A DNA stretch of 62,947 bases, counting the filler, from Sphacelaria rigidula (Eukaryota), in assembly GCA_964200075.2 (NCBI GenBank). It is 6 parts of 6 records of this genome, joined end to end, with 100 filler letters (N's around TTAATTAATTAA, not from the genome) between each part and the next. Parts side by side here need not be neighbours in the genome. Positions count along the whole stretch, not along the records: positions 52,541 to 62,947 come from CAXNAA020006550.1; 5 more parts are not named here. One strand, 5' to 3'. The number at the start of each line of letters is the position of its first letter. The first letter of the stretch is position 1. This document shows positions 62,153-62,947 of this stretch, one piece after another. Both the position numbers and the translations under genes were made by a program. The notes below the pieces were generated by a model. The model made no database searches. It worked only from the letters and a program-made list of their open reading frames with translations, and had not been told where the DNA came from.

Positions 62153-62878
62153 ATGAGTGGTGAGAGAAGCGAGCAACAGGCGAGTAGAAACGTAGTTGAG
62201 GAGCGGGAGGCTTTCGCTCAAGAGATCTTAGTCACACCGGAACATTCCCATAGTTTCAAGGAAGGGAAAGCTATTAAGGCTAGAGGGGTTTCCGAAACGG
62301 TGGGGGCAGAAGGCCCGCCACGACAGGAAGCTTCTCCGATGAACTTCGGAGCAAGGGGAACACCGCTCAGCAGCTGGATCGTTGCTCGATCCGGAGGAAC
62401 TGCAGGTACCAAAGTCGGTAGCACGGCGTTGGGTAGGATGTCCGGTGTTGGATTCTCAAATTCAGTGGATTTGAGTGCGGGGGTTGATATACAAAGACAA
62501 AGTAACACCCAAGGTACGTAGATACTATTGAGTGTCGATTCTTGAGCATTGGAGGCTCGACAAATTCGTCCCTTCGACAGCAATAAGGATCATGCGTGGG
62601 TGAATTTTCAGCGGGAACTTGAGCGGCATGCTTTCATATATGGTTGCGGGGAGGAGTTGATCAGAGACCCTGCGCTTTGTGTTGACCCTTTGAACGAGCA
62701 GCAGCTAATAGGGTTGGATGTGAGTTCGGACAACATCAAACGAGCGAGATTTGCGTATATTTTGTTGCTCAACACCGTTAAGGATGGGGTCCGTAGACAC
62801 ATACTTTCCGAGTCGCGATCACCTCCTATAGCATGACATGCTTTGGATGAACAGTTTTCTCCGAAAGCATGAGGCTCA
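62153..62878 (+). mobile_element. Probable Ty1/Copia gag fragment (degenerate)
   Basis: PFDSNKDHAWVNFQREL...ARFAYILLLNTVKDGVRRHILSESRSPPIA*HALDEQFSPK resembles the Copia gag (UBN2-type) region. It contains stops and is cut by a MITE. Confidence 0.55.
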
Positions 62879-62947
62879 GAGTGATGCTACGGTAGGGGTA
62901 CAGAAATAATTGCTGAGACTAAATTTGTTAGGAGCCCCTTATCTCGT
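62879..62947 (-). mobile_element. MITE family C, right end only (contig end)
   Basis: GAGTGATGCTACGGTAGGGGTACAGAAAT...TTGTTAGGAGCCC matches the reverse complement of 30033-30094. Confidence 0.85.

Overview
Eukaryotic, repeat-rich DNA, most likely from a brown alga (inferred from the EsV-1-7 repeat protein, a stramenopile-type plastid presequence and the intron style). The window is not one locus. It is six contigs of 10409, 10409, 10408, 10407, 10407 and 10407 bp joined by identical 100-nt N/TTAATTAATTAA/N linkers, so linkage holds only within a contig. Host-type genes are an intronless protein with 24.5 tandem 38-aa EsV-1-7 Cys3His repeats (14271-17684, -), a six-exon SAP-domain plus dienelactone-hydrolase gene (23258-29310, +) and a partial multi-exon Gly/Ser-rich gene (contig 1, -). 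A divergent SET-domain remnant lies near the EsV-1-7 gene. Most of the rest is mobile DNA: several non-autonomous hAT-like families with 8-bp TSDs, three of them larger cargo-carrying or composite elements; a foldback element in an intron; tRNA-derived SINE-like pieces; degenerate Ty3/Gypsy copies; and a Copia-like gag fragment. One Gypsy integrase has a chromodomain-like plus PWWP/Tudor-like tail and is split by a 2.9-kb inversion. The best candidate for an uncharacterised system is the EsV-1-7 array, with hypervariable positions, shuffled half-units and a transcription-factor-like tail, as a modular nucleic-acid reader.
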